Positions 26,067-37,387 of a stretch of 64,000 bases of DNA are shown here, one piece after another. How positions within the stretch are numbered: the stretch's first letter is position 1; every line of letters starts with the position of its first letter. The notes beneath the pieces are model-generated. The model was not told where the DNA came from and did no database searches. It worked only from the letters and a program-made list of their open reading frames with translations. Position numbers and translations under genes: made by a program. The DNA comes from Selaginella moellendorffii (taxonomy: Eukaryota; Plantae; Lycopodiophyta): assembly GCF_000143415.4 (NCBI RefSeq), contig NW_003314319.1:1199219-1263218 (forward strand), read 5' to 3'.

Positions 26067-27879
26067 CAATTCAGTAGCTTGATAAACATGCAAATACAGA
26101 ACTTGATGCAAAATCCTTTGATATGTCACAATGCCCCTAGGACCATAAACACATTTCAATAGAGAGGGTCCTTTCATTTCATAACTCCTTACGTAGATCT
26201 TGGTGAAACCAGAGTTAGTGAAGTTAGTTTCTTGTGATCCCGCATCTGATTGTGATGTCCCTTTGCAGTGTCAATGGAAAGGTCAATGCACACCAAACTG
26301 TAAAATCTTGGAGCAAAATAACGGTCGAATCTATGGCAAATTCCCCTGAAACATTGTAAGGCTCGTGTGGTCTCATGTGGTGTCCGATCGAGATGCTTTT
26401 TTGCAGGGTCATCAAGAAAGACATTGTATACCATTCTGTAAAATCTAGTTGCGATCTAACGGTTGGATCTCCAGAAAACTCAAAAAAATCTCGCGCGTGT
26501 TAGAATATTCTAGGAATATACTCCTATGTGCCCCTAAAAATGGCATGTGGCCCCACGCCATTCAAGAGATAATGCCAGATGACGCCGAGAATTTTTTGGT
26601 GCATTTTTTGGGTTCAAAATTGCATGAGCCCACACGCTATAAAGTTTATCTTTGCCAAATAGAGAAAAGTTTATCTGTGTCATGTGAGGTAGTTACAGTT
26701 CTTTGTGCTCGGCATCTACCTCTTGCAGCATTTGCACTGAAAGGGAATTTTTCTCCATTCAGCATTTGGCCCTGAAAATGGCATGCGCCCACACGCCATT
26801 CAAGGAATAATGCCACAGGACGCCTGGATTTTTGGGTTTAAAATGTTTAGGGTTTTTTGGGTTTTTTCAAAATATTTTGGGTCCAACGTTTTTTGGGTTT
26901 CTTTGGTTCAAAATTGCATGAGCCCACACGCTATAATATTGATTTGAGAGAAAAATAGAAACAGATAGAATTTCTTTATTTAGCTGAACATCTGCCATTT
27001 TTGGAAATACAAGATGCTTTGGAATATCCAATCATGCATGGTATAAATATAGCGAGGGTATTAAATGATATCCCAATCATGATCTTTCTTTTGGATTTCG
27101 CGTGCATGCAGTCCGAGGAATGATGACGTTGCGGATTTCTTTTGGATTTTGCGTGCTTGCATGCGCGCGGCAATCCAGAAATTAATGGTGGCGCCCAAGT
27201 CCGAGGAATGATGACGTGGTGGGATTACCAACCGTTGTGACATTTCGCGCGTGTGAGGTTAGGTTTTGCATTTTGCTTCGTACTCGCGCTCGCATCGCGC
27301 TCCCACTCGCGATCACGCTCACATTCGCGCTCATCTACCTTCTCTACAGGTTTCTTGTGTGCATCGGCGTCCACTCGCGCTTGCATCACACTCGCGCTCG
27401 CATCGCGCTCGTGTGCATCGGCGTCCACTTCAAGACACACCCAGTTTGTAACTTCGCCGCCAACTCCGCCGCCCACTCCGCCACCCACACGTAGCCCACT
27501 TGGCGTCCCGGGAGATTTCAGCGCCACTCTCCAACTGTAAGTGGCAGAGTAGCTTTGCTGCTACGATCCGCTGCACACACAGTGCACATTCGCCAGCGAG
27601 TCCGGCCTCGATTGTCACGGCCTCCATTCGGCTTCAAATGGTAAGTCTTTTAGGCCAAGTAGAAAATGGCATGAGGCCACATGCCATTCAGTAGCAACAT
27701 TGGCATGCACTGATTGAGCTCTCGAGTGCAGTCCGGTTACAGATGGCATGTAGCCTCACGCCATCTTAGGATGCAGCCTCAAGACATCTGATGCAGTGGT
27801 GAATGGCGTGTGGCCTCACGTTATTTCCAGCTGCTAGCTTTTCATCTGTCAGCTCTAATTGTTGTGCATTTCTGAACAG

Positions 27880-30800
27880 GCGAGGAATTGCGTTCTTAAC
27901 ACTCAGCATCCATAACATTCTACTCGCGACAAAAGTTGTTTTTGACAAATGGGTAGATGTGCTGAGGAGGTACCATGACGGGGAGTTGCTAAACTCAATG
28001 GGTGTGGAGGACGGCCGGAAGCCCAATGATTTGAAGCTCAACGCCTTGCGTTTCTCGCGGTCTCTAGACGACGACAACCTTCTGACAGTGGCTAATGCTC
28101 TTCTACGTGGTGAGGTAGTCTTCAACAAGACCAAAATGACTCCCGGCCATATTGTGACATACGAGGACTTGTGCACGACTCTGAGAGCTCGTGCGCTATT
28201 GAAGGATTGGATCTTCGAGCAAGTGGCCGTGGAGAGGGTGAGCATCGACACCACGCAAGAGATGATGGAAGAGCTGGAGTTGTCAAATGAAGACATCGAC
28301 GACTACGTGAAGGGGGCCCCCAAGTTCATCGATCTGCTGCGGGATGCCACGAAAAGTAAAGCTGAGAAGTTGGATCAGTATCCAAATTTCATTAAGAGGG
28401 ATGTCGACCGTCGGCTTCAGAAACAGCTCGACCCCGCAGCAGAGGCCTATCGAGAACCTTACCGGGTATACGTGAATTTGGATGAGGATCAAAGGTGGAG
28501 GAGCATCGTTTCCCGCGGAGATGAGCAGGTCAAGAACATCTTTTGTGTGATGGACTTCACAAACGAGGAGATCACTCATGCAGACAAAGTCAGCTCCATC
28601 ATTGACTTAATGGTGGGACTTGCGGAGGTGGAATCTTCAGTCCACTATATGATCTACGACTCCGAATCCTATCACAAGTTCTAGAAGGCCTTGAACAAGG
28701 TGAAGGCTCGGTTGAAAGGCAAGGAGATGCGGGAGATCCATGGGATAATGGCTAAGAAGAAGATACTGACGAATGTCCGCATCTTGACACTCGCCCTTGT
28801 TATTGGTCCTGCAGCAGAGTGGGACTGGAGTGACTTCCCAGCTTCGTTCAACAAGGCCGATCGAATTGATCTGAGGGAGGTCAATTTACCCGTGCCTGAG
28901 GAACTGAAGACGGCTATGGAGCTTTCGAATCCAAAGAAAGCTCCAGGTGCAGCATGGGAAATGCTCAGCTGGGTCTTCAACGCAATAGCGGGTGACTCCA
29001 AGGGCAAATGCGTTGTCGAGTACAACTGCAGCGGACTATTCTTTCAAGCCGCACTACTCAAGGGTGTCCCGTGTGTTGCGGTGACAAACTCCATTGAAGA
29101 GGTGACTTCAATGGAGCATATAATTACAGTTGCCAAAGAAAAACAGTATCTTCTCTGCGAACCTGGTGAGTACGCACTTTAAGTTTAAATGTTATCTCAC
29201 AAGCTCTATATGCAGGAGCATGGCCACCCCCAGATGCTGAAACGGCGTTAACAGCTACTGATGTTAGGCCGAGCTCACAACCTGCACAAGGTAAGGTCAC
29301 GTGAGGCCTCACGCCATTTTGATTATAGATCGTTGTGAATATTCAAACATGAGGACTGAAAAGTGCACTGGTGGCGCGTCAAAGAAGGACAAACAGACAA
29401 GCAATAGGAAAAAAGGAGGTACAAATTATATTTGCAATGGCGTGTGGTCTCATGCCATTCCTTGCAAGAGACACTTCTTCAAAGGCAAAACAGGCAAGCA
29501 CCAGCCAAGCTCAAACTGACAGTGGTCATAAAAAGTAAAAGCACGTTGGACAGTCGTCGGGATCAGAGGCGTTTGATTCGAAAAGGAAGAAGGGCAACGA
29601 AAAGATGATAGGTAATGCCTCGCGGTTATGGCGTGTGTGCTCATGCCATTCATTGCAGATCAAGGGCTAAGTGAAAGCAGCCAGTCACCACCTCCTGACT
29701 CAGATTCCTATGGCGGACTCCCCTTCCCCAATCTCAATGGAGAGGTACAATGGATGAGGGATGCTTTTCAAGTCAGGGCCACGTTTTTCTCATCTTGTCG
29801 TCTTCGAAGGGTGCAAAAACGTGCAGAAACCATGTTAAGACAGTCGGGTGAGGATACGGTCCTAGGTCAAGCACTAAAACAGGCTATGGATGTCTTGTAT
29901 TTTGAGATGGAGACTCGGCTAAATGATTTTCCCAAGATGGTCCTGGAAGAACAAGCCATCCAGCCTGAGCAGCCTATGGAAGAAATGCAGGAGGGGGATG
30001 AGGAGCCAGAGAAAGATAATGAGCAAGAAGAGCAGAAGGACGAAGAGGAGGACAAAGAAAAGGAGGACGAAGAAGAGGAGGACGAAGAAGAGGAGGACGA
30101 AGAGGACTTGGATGGTCCTCACAATGGTGACGATCACAATAACGACGATGACGATGATGACGACGATGGCCAGCCTGAGGTGGCCAAAGAGCAGCGGAGG
30201 AAGGTCATACAAGACAAACCATCAGGTAAATAATAGTACATCCATTCCTAACCTTTTACCATTTCTAACATTGTCCATGTAGGTCGCAGAAGAAATGGTA
30301 AGTAGAGATTATTCAGTTGAATTAAGATACAAACTCTAGCCTTTAGTGTTGAGGAAGGATAGTGCCAAGCAAGGGTCGAAACGTATGTCCAATCCTTCAG
30401 AGTCAGCAGTGCGCCCAAGTGATATCGGTCCTAGTTCCTCAATAGCAGTTGATGGTAAATACAGTATAATCGATTCAATGTGCTAATGAGTTTGTTTTTA
30501 GTAGCACGGGAGGATACCATCTCAATCGAAGGGAGATATTTGGACATGCATATGGATCCGCCAGTGGACTCTACTTGCCTGCAAGAGTCATCAGAGCTGG
30601 TGGAGGCTACTATCCATATTAACGCCAAGCAAGCTGACCACACTCCACTTGATGCTACCCATACCACTGAGTCAATCTTGTCCACGTATCCAATTGATGG
30701 TGACCAGGCGCCATTGGACCCGCATGAGGCCGCCCCAGCCGCCGAGCCGGTCGTATCCTCATTTCCAACGTGTGCCCAATCGTCTGACTACGCGCCATTG

Positions 30801-31987
30801 GAACCTCCCTACACCGCCCCTGCTGCTTGTTCGGTCATGTCCACTTTGCCAACGGAGGCACCAGTTGAAATGGCGTGTGATCACACGCCATCAGAACCAC
30901 CCCATGCCACTATGGAGCCAGTTGTACCAGAGTCTACAGCTGAAATGGCATGTGCCCACACGCCATCGGATGCAATTGACCCCACATTGCAGAGGAGAGT
31001 ATTTCCGCCCTTCACGTTTCCTCAACCAAAACCCTCTGAACGACCATCGGGAGCACCATTCGCTAATATTGTAGATGGTAAAATTGACTTGTACCATTTT
31101 TTATGCTGACGCATTTCATTTCAGAGTCACGGCGAAAGTACTGTATCGTTTTTGATCTGAACGGTGTCCTTTTCTCCCATGAGCGTGGCTCGTCCTCGAA
31201 TGTCACTGCACCCTCCAAAGCCTGCGGTCGCAAGTTGGTCAAAAGAGACAGATTCACATTAATCACAGGGGAGAAACTGCGGGATCTAATAATGACCATG
31301 CGACACTTAAAACAGAGGGCCGGGTTCAATTTGCAATTGGGAGTTTGGACATCCATGATGCGCCACAATGCATTAACGTTGCTACAGATGATGCACGATC
31401 AGACGCGAGTAATATTACCATTTGACTTTCTCCTAACGCAGGAGGATTGCTTGACTATGGTCCATGTGAGGGGTAGCAAGCCCATCTTCGTCAAGGCAGA
31501 GGCTATAGTGATGAACCGGACTGCTAGGTCAAGTGAAATCCTCATCATCGATGACTCGCCGATTAAAACTGCAGCAAACACGCACACATATGCAGTGCAC
31601 CCCATCTCTTGCAGTATGGAAACTAGGGAGAAGAAACCGTATGTTCTGGGGGACCTTGCAAAACGGCTTGGAGCGATGGTGATAGAGAACCGGCCAGTCC
31701 AGGAGGTGGCTGCAGAAATCAACCAAATGGCAGATGGAACAGTATATCAGAAGCCATTTGATCGGACAGACACCAGTCATCATTTATGGCATGTATATTG
31801 TCTAGCCAAGCACTATCCGCATCTCCATAATCTGCTCAACCGGATGGGTTCTTCGACCACTGAACATGAGCGTGGACGTATTAGAGAAGAGATGGCATTA
31901 CTATTGGGTTTAAATCCTGATAGTGTGGAGAGTGATGAAATTCCAAGATTATTGTATAGGCGTTGGAGGCAAAAAATAACAGTCTGA
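27880..31987 (+). pseudogene. Multi-exon cargo gene of element C: helical region, methyltransferase-like fold, basic and acidic low-complexity tracts, Pro-rich linker, FCP1/SCP-like HAD phosphatase domain
   Basis: ORF blocks are joined in frame by GT-AG introns at 29166-29215, 29291-29328, 29419-29470, 29612-29658 and 31078-31124; probable further introns lie at 30226-30501. Two in-frame stops (28682, 29536). HAD motifs CIVFDLNGVL, VWTS, KPIFVK, IIDDSPIK. Start codon uncertain. Confidence 0.72.
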
Positions 31988-34848
31988 GATGGCATGTATT
32001 TATTTAAAAATGTAACTTATTATGGCATGGGGTTCCATGCCATTGTATTAATATTAAAAGACAATTCTTTGAGAGGATTTGCATTATACTAGAAGTGTTA
32101 CAGCATGTTATTGGAAGTTTACGAAGTTGTTTTATTAATAAGGGGAAAGTAAAGATTGAATGGGGACTTGGGCTCCACCTAGACTTGGAGCAACTGAGCC
32201 AATATTAAAAGGATGGAAAGAAATTGGACGACAATGACAAGGAGAAGAGAGAGGTGAAGCAGTGGCAGGGGGAGGAGAAGTGATTGAGTAGACATTTCCT
32301 TGTTTAAAATAAAATGGCATGTGCCTCAATGCAGTTGAATTTTGTTATATTTATATACTATATAAAGGTTTGGAAACCTTATTTTACAAGTGGGATAATG
32401 ACAATTCCCACTTTAACGAAATAGAGCTTTTCCCGAGTGTTCAAAGAGAGGGCTTTGAACGAAAGTCAATGATTGAGGACTTTCACGCTTATGCACGAAC
32501 CATGTTACAGTGGCCGGATGACTTGCTAAGTGAGATTGGCAAGTCAGGGGGAACAAATACCCTAGTTGAAAGTGCTAACTTCAAAAAGGGTGGCCCATGG
32601 GGCCAAGCATGGAGGAGTCCATGCATGATCACAGATATGTCAAGTGAGAGGACTTGGCAGTGTGGGGGAACTAGGTTCCTAAGCTATGATCTATAGTGCT
32701 CTTTAAAAAATAGGTTGGTGCACCGGCGTGGGGAGTCACGCCAGGCATCTTGTGTGATGCCGTCCGTAGATGCATATACGGAGGTTGGGTTCGAGTCCCG
32801 ACCCTCTAGTGCTTGGGTTCGAGTCCCAAATCACTAGGGCGTGGTGATGGTTTGGAATATGAGGACACTCATATTTCGGTGGTCATGGACTCTCAGTGGG
32901 GAGACTGGTTTGGGCACACCGCCAAGCGAGGGATGCCTCGGAGTCGTGATGCACGGTTAGATTGCTTAGTGTGAAAGCTCGGCATATCTAACTTGAACGC
33001 TTTGGTGCAAGTGGCACCAAGGACGTGGTGAGTGAGATGGGGACACCTAATCTCAGTTGCTATGGACCCTTGGCCGGAAGGGCTGGCTTGGGCGCACCGC
33101 CAAGTGTGGGGGATGCCCCCGGGGTCGTAGTTAACAAGTTAAAGGTCTGGAAGACCTAGTACCTATTGGCAAACCTGTTAAGGTGCCGAGGTGAGATCAC
33201 TAGGTGATCTTGTGGCTAAATAAGGATAAGGTCCTTGTTTGGGTTAAGGAATAAGGTTCCTAGTTCAAAGTGTTGATTTGAACTATTGATGATGGTGTGG
33301 CTTGGTCAAGGTGACCAAGTGGGAAAAGCACCTTAGGGAAATGAGTTATGTCATTGCGATGGCATAGTGTATCCAAGGAAAGTAATCTCTATAAGAGACC
33401 CATGGGAGGGTCACAAAGTTGGGCCGTGGATAGAGCCCACAGCAGAAGATGCTAAAAGAGACTTACTAGGGGTGAACACCCTAGTCTTGGCAAAGCAGAG
33501 CTTTTGCTATGGAATCAAAAGAATACCTCAAGGAGGGAGGTAGAGATTCGATGTTGCTTAGTGCAACAATCAATGGATAGGAGCAAAAGATGAGTGGCTA
33601 AGATAGGGCCGTGGAATCCCTTGGAAGGAATCCAAGTGACAAAGTTAGGCGAGGAACACTAATGTGTTGGACACTAACAAATTGCGGGGAAGGAAGTGTG
33701 TTTTCAAGGATGGATTCCGAATTGCTCCGATTTGGCAAAACTGGAAGCTCCAAGGGAGGGAGCGGTAAGGTAGCCAAATGATAGGGCCATGGACAGCCCT
33801 AGCACAAAGTATGATAAATGGAACTTAGTGCCCAAGGTGGCACGAAATAGAAGAGAGGATGATGGTGCCCTCAAGTAAATAATGAGCTTCCTAGGATGGG
33901 GGAAGTGGAGTTGCACAATTTGTGCAATGCAAGGTGTTGGAGACACCTAGGAAATTGACTTCCAAAAGTCAAAAGAGTAAAAGTTCCAAGGTGCAAATGT
34001 TCAATAAATGGAAATTGAGACTACTCGAGAAGGAGTAGTGGGATTGACTTAGAGAAGGGTCTCTAAGAGGTTTAGCGAGAACTAAACCAATAAAAGGAGA
34101 GAACCACTACATGTGGTCCAATCAGTCTCTAAGTTGGAGAGACTACCCTCCTTAGAGGATAGGCAAGGCATGGTGAGCTTTTGGTGTCAAACCATTGAGG
34201 CATATGCAAAAGGCATGGTGAGCCTTCAATGTCAAACCAATGACGAATATGGAGAAGGCATGGTGAGCCTTCAATGTCAAACCATTGACAAATATTGGCT
34301 AGGTGCCAAGGATAGAAATGGTAACACATGCGAGTGTTACTTTACAAAATGGTTTACCATTCGATGAGGACATCGAACTTCGTCTATGGGTGGTGGAGCT
34401 GTGAGACACAAAATCCCTAGGCCCCAAAGTGGAGCTGGAAGGGCGCCACGTGGTAGTGGCCGAAGCGAGAGCCAAACGAGCGTAACACGTTTGGACCAAA
34501 AGCTCCAACTTGAAAAGTCAAGAGCGGGAGTGGAACTCCCAACGAAGTGCTCGAGGAACGAGCACGAAGCGAGCAAAAAGCGAGGCTCCAAAAAGGGACC
34601 CAAAAAGGACCAACACATGACACGTGGAAGTGTCCGAGATGGACTCGAGTTGGAGGCCGAGATGGAGTCCGAGATGGAGTCCGAGATGGAGTCCGAGATG
34701 GAGTCCGAGAAGGAATCCAAGGTGGACCCGAGATAGACCCGAAATGGAGTCCAAGATGGAGTCCGAGATGGACCCGAGATGGAGTCCGAGATGGAGTCCG
34801 AGATGGACCCAAGATGGAGTCCGAAGTCGAGACCGAGACCGAGACCGG

Positions 34849-34904
<56 letters not shown>

Positions 34905-36794
34905 TCGGGACCGAGACCGAGACCGAGCCCGAGCCCGAGTCCGAGTCCGAGCCCGAGTCCGAGTCCGAGTCCGAGTCCGAGTCCGAGTCCGAGACCGAGT
35001 TCGAGTCTGAGAGGGTGAAAGCCCAAAGCGTTTGTCTCCCAGACCCTGGGGGGTTTGGTGAGCTCCAAAAGTATAGTAGGGGGAGGACTGCAGTAGAGCC
35101 AGTTTGGCCAGGAAAGGCCAGTTTGGCACAGGAAGGCCGGACCCAGTGTTGGGTGATGAGCTGCCCACTGGGAAGTCCAAGACTAGAGTGAACACAAGCC
35201 GACAAGCGGGGTAGCTTGGTGAAGTGTTCAAGAGCCGGCTCTACTTCCCCCTTGAGATCGACTGTCCGATGCTCCCAGTCCAAGTGTGGGTGGTACTACC
35301 TACTTGGATACCTGTCGTGGCTCAACGGAACCTCGCTCTAAGCCCATGGCTAGAGCACCTAAAGGCGGAAGGCGAGGAGAGTACCCATGAGGCCCGCGTA
35401 GGGCCACGGTGTTCCGAAATGGTGTCCCAAAGTCCCAGACTGTGGAAAGGAAGAGGGGTAGCCCTCTGGTGGGGTGACCAAGGACACAGTCACACAGTGA
35501 GGAAGTCCTAGAGGATAGTGGGACTTAGTGGTTGGGCCGGTGGGCCTTGATCCAGTGGCAGTATTGGCGAACACAGCCAAGGACAAAAAGGGACTTGGTG
35601 GGGACCAGAACAGAGATATTGGGGAAGGCTATTCCCCATGTCTGTAGGCATCCTAAGGACGTTAAGGAGTGGATCTGGGATGATCCCTCATGGACAGATG
35701 ACCCAGTCTTTGAGAGACGGGATGGGAATGCAGGTGGTGTTGGACCATTGGTGTGACCAAGGTGAATAGGTATGGCCTCAGCGTAACGGGCCGATATGTC
35801 GGTGGTACCTTGGGGTATCAATCATGGGATCGGACACGTGGAGCACTTAGACCAAGTGCAAAGGTTGAGTGGCATGGATGCCATTCTCGGGGCTAGCAAG
35901 CCCCAAGTCCTAATTGGGACTTATGGATGTTGTGAATGAGACTCCTCCAAGTGGTCGGAGGTGTGGTTAAGTGACTAAAGTAAAATGGAAAAATTAGTCG
36001 CTTACACATATGTCATAGGGGTGCAGAGTTCTATTAGTGCTTCACCATATAAACTGTTATATGGTCATGATCTAATATTACCAATGGAGCTGGGTTTACT
36101 ATTGCAATTGCCACGAGCTACCGATGCTAGGTCGTGGGATCAGTATTTGATAAGTATTCTTCCACTTCTCTGAGTAGAGTTTGCCGAACACTTAGGCTGC
36201 GTATAAGTGGGACAATAACAGCGCTACAACTCCCATCATCGTCCACTTGTGGAGTACAAAGTGGATGATTTGGTGTTAATTTGTTTTCCCCATCTTACGG
36301 TACGTGGTTTATCTAAGGGGCTCCTTGCGCAGTGGAAAGGACCGTATCGGGTGTTGTGGCAAGTTGAACCACAAGTTTATGAAGTTCGGCATGACGTTTA
36401 GCAGGTTGATCCTCCAGAGATTATACATGTGCAGCGGTTGAAACGCTTTATACAAAGAGATCAGGAGCAGTTAATACCATTTATAGATCTACCAATGCCT
36501 CCTCCTGATGTTCCTCCAGATCCCAACCCGTCTACAAGAGAACCCTGATGGTCTTCCATTATTCTAAGAGGAGGGGATGATGTGAGGGCCAAGTGTACAG
36601 CTATGATGCCATATACTAATATTAGCGTAGTGGGATTTTGGTAGCCGTCAGATTGATTTCAATCCGGACCACTCGCTCCTGTATGTAAGTTAAGGTTTTT
36701 GGGTTAATTGATATGCATGTTTTTTGTATTCTCTTTCCATATTCCATGCACTCACAATTTAGCAACTTTATTATTATTAAAATGTTTATAAATG

Positions 36795-37356
36795 ATAAGT
36801 GATAACTGCGGAAGGCAGATCAAATCCACGGTTTGCATCTGAAGGATGATCATCGGTGTGAAGAAATCCCTACATGAATGGAACAGCATCATCAAGATCC
36901 CTTCCAAAGCAACCAGCAATATCACAAACCTTGTCAAAGTTACGGCTTGGGTTGCAATAGAAACTTGCAGAGGAATCTCCACAGCAGCAGGAGCTTTGCG
37001 ATCTTCTGCCGGTGTGAATCTCATCAGTCTAACCACGACCAAAACTCCACATTTCGGCAATCCAACAAAGCCTTTAGTGCGTGGCCATACAAATGAACAA
37101 ACCATGGTATTATCTGGAGGATCATAATGTCAACGTAGTCAACTGCCTCGATACCTGAAGAGTAACAGTTCCAAGAAGAACCATCATTTTCTCGAAACGA
37201 AATGATGATGGATCCCTTTGCATTCCCGCTGCAAGCCAAATACCGGCTTGTGTAGAACCAAGACCAATCCACCCGGGCTCTCCAAGTGACTACAAGATCA
37301 AGCTCGCTGTTCATGCCAGCTTCATACTCAAGTAAAAGAGAGCCTGAAGAGGAGGA
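36795..37356 (-). pseudogene. PIGT: GPI transamidase subunit PIG-T (GPI16) fragment
   Basis: SRYLACSGNAKGSI, LQIIPWFVHLYGHAL, GFLHTDDHPSDANRGFDLPSAVITY. Inverted duplicate of 48783-49345. Confidence 0.8.
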
Positions 37357-37387
37357 GAGTAGTATCAAAAAGGCTTTTCATAGATGA

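Larger units (their letters stand above)
22333..32429. mobile_element. TIR DNA transposon C copy 1 (Sola-like), transposase-deleted, with cargo gene
   Basis: TIRs A(T/A)GCTCTATTTCGTTAAAGTGGGA at 22333-22356 and 32406-32429. 4-bp TSD TTCC at 22329-22332 and 32430-32433. The empty site is visible in A1 (~12195-12210). Confidence 0.93.
18116..36006 (+). mobile_element. Family A LTR element copy A2, carrying DNA transposon C
   Basis: 5' LTR 18116-20137 followed by PBS TGGTATCGGAGC 20141-20152. PPT GGGTGGTGGAG then 3' LTR 34400-36006. Perfect TSD CATAT at 18111-18115 and 36007-36011. Confidence 0.95.
7579..36756 (+). mobile_element. Gypsy element B copy 1 (176-bp LTRs), split by nested insertions into 7579-8578, 15471-18115 and 36007-36756
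   Basis: 5' LTR remnant ends CTCACA at 7652, followed by PBS-like TGGTGGAGGTG. PPT AAGAGGAGGGGA precedes the 3' LTR 36581-36756. Pieces join colinearly with the uninterrupted copy at 49382-53741. Confidence 0.9.

Noticed and set aside
22560-32334. Palindromic repeats as a CRISPR-like array or REP elements
   Set aside because: Spacing is irregular (60 to over 1000 bp), there are no uniform spacers or cas genes, and the context is eukaryotic with introns.
32783-32830. tRNA gene
   Set aside because: Only T-arm hairpins are present; no acceptor stem, D arm or anticodon arm is identifiable.
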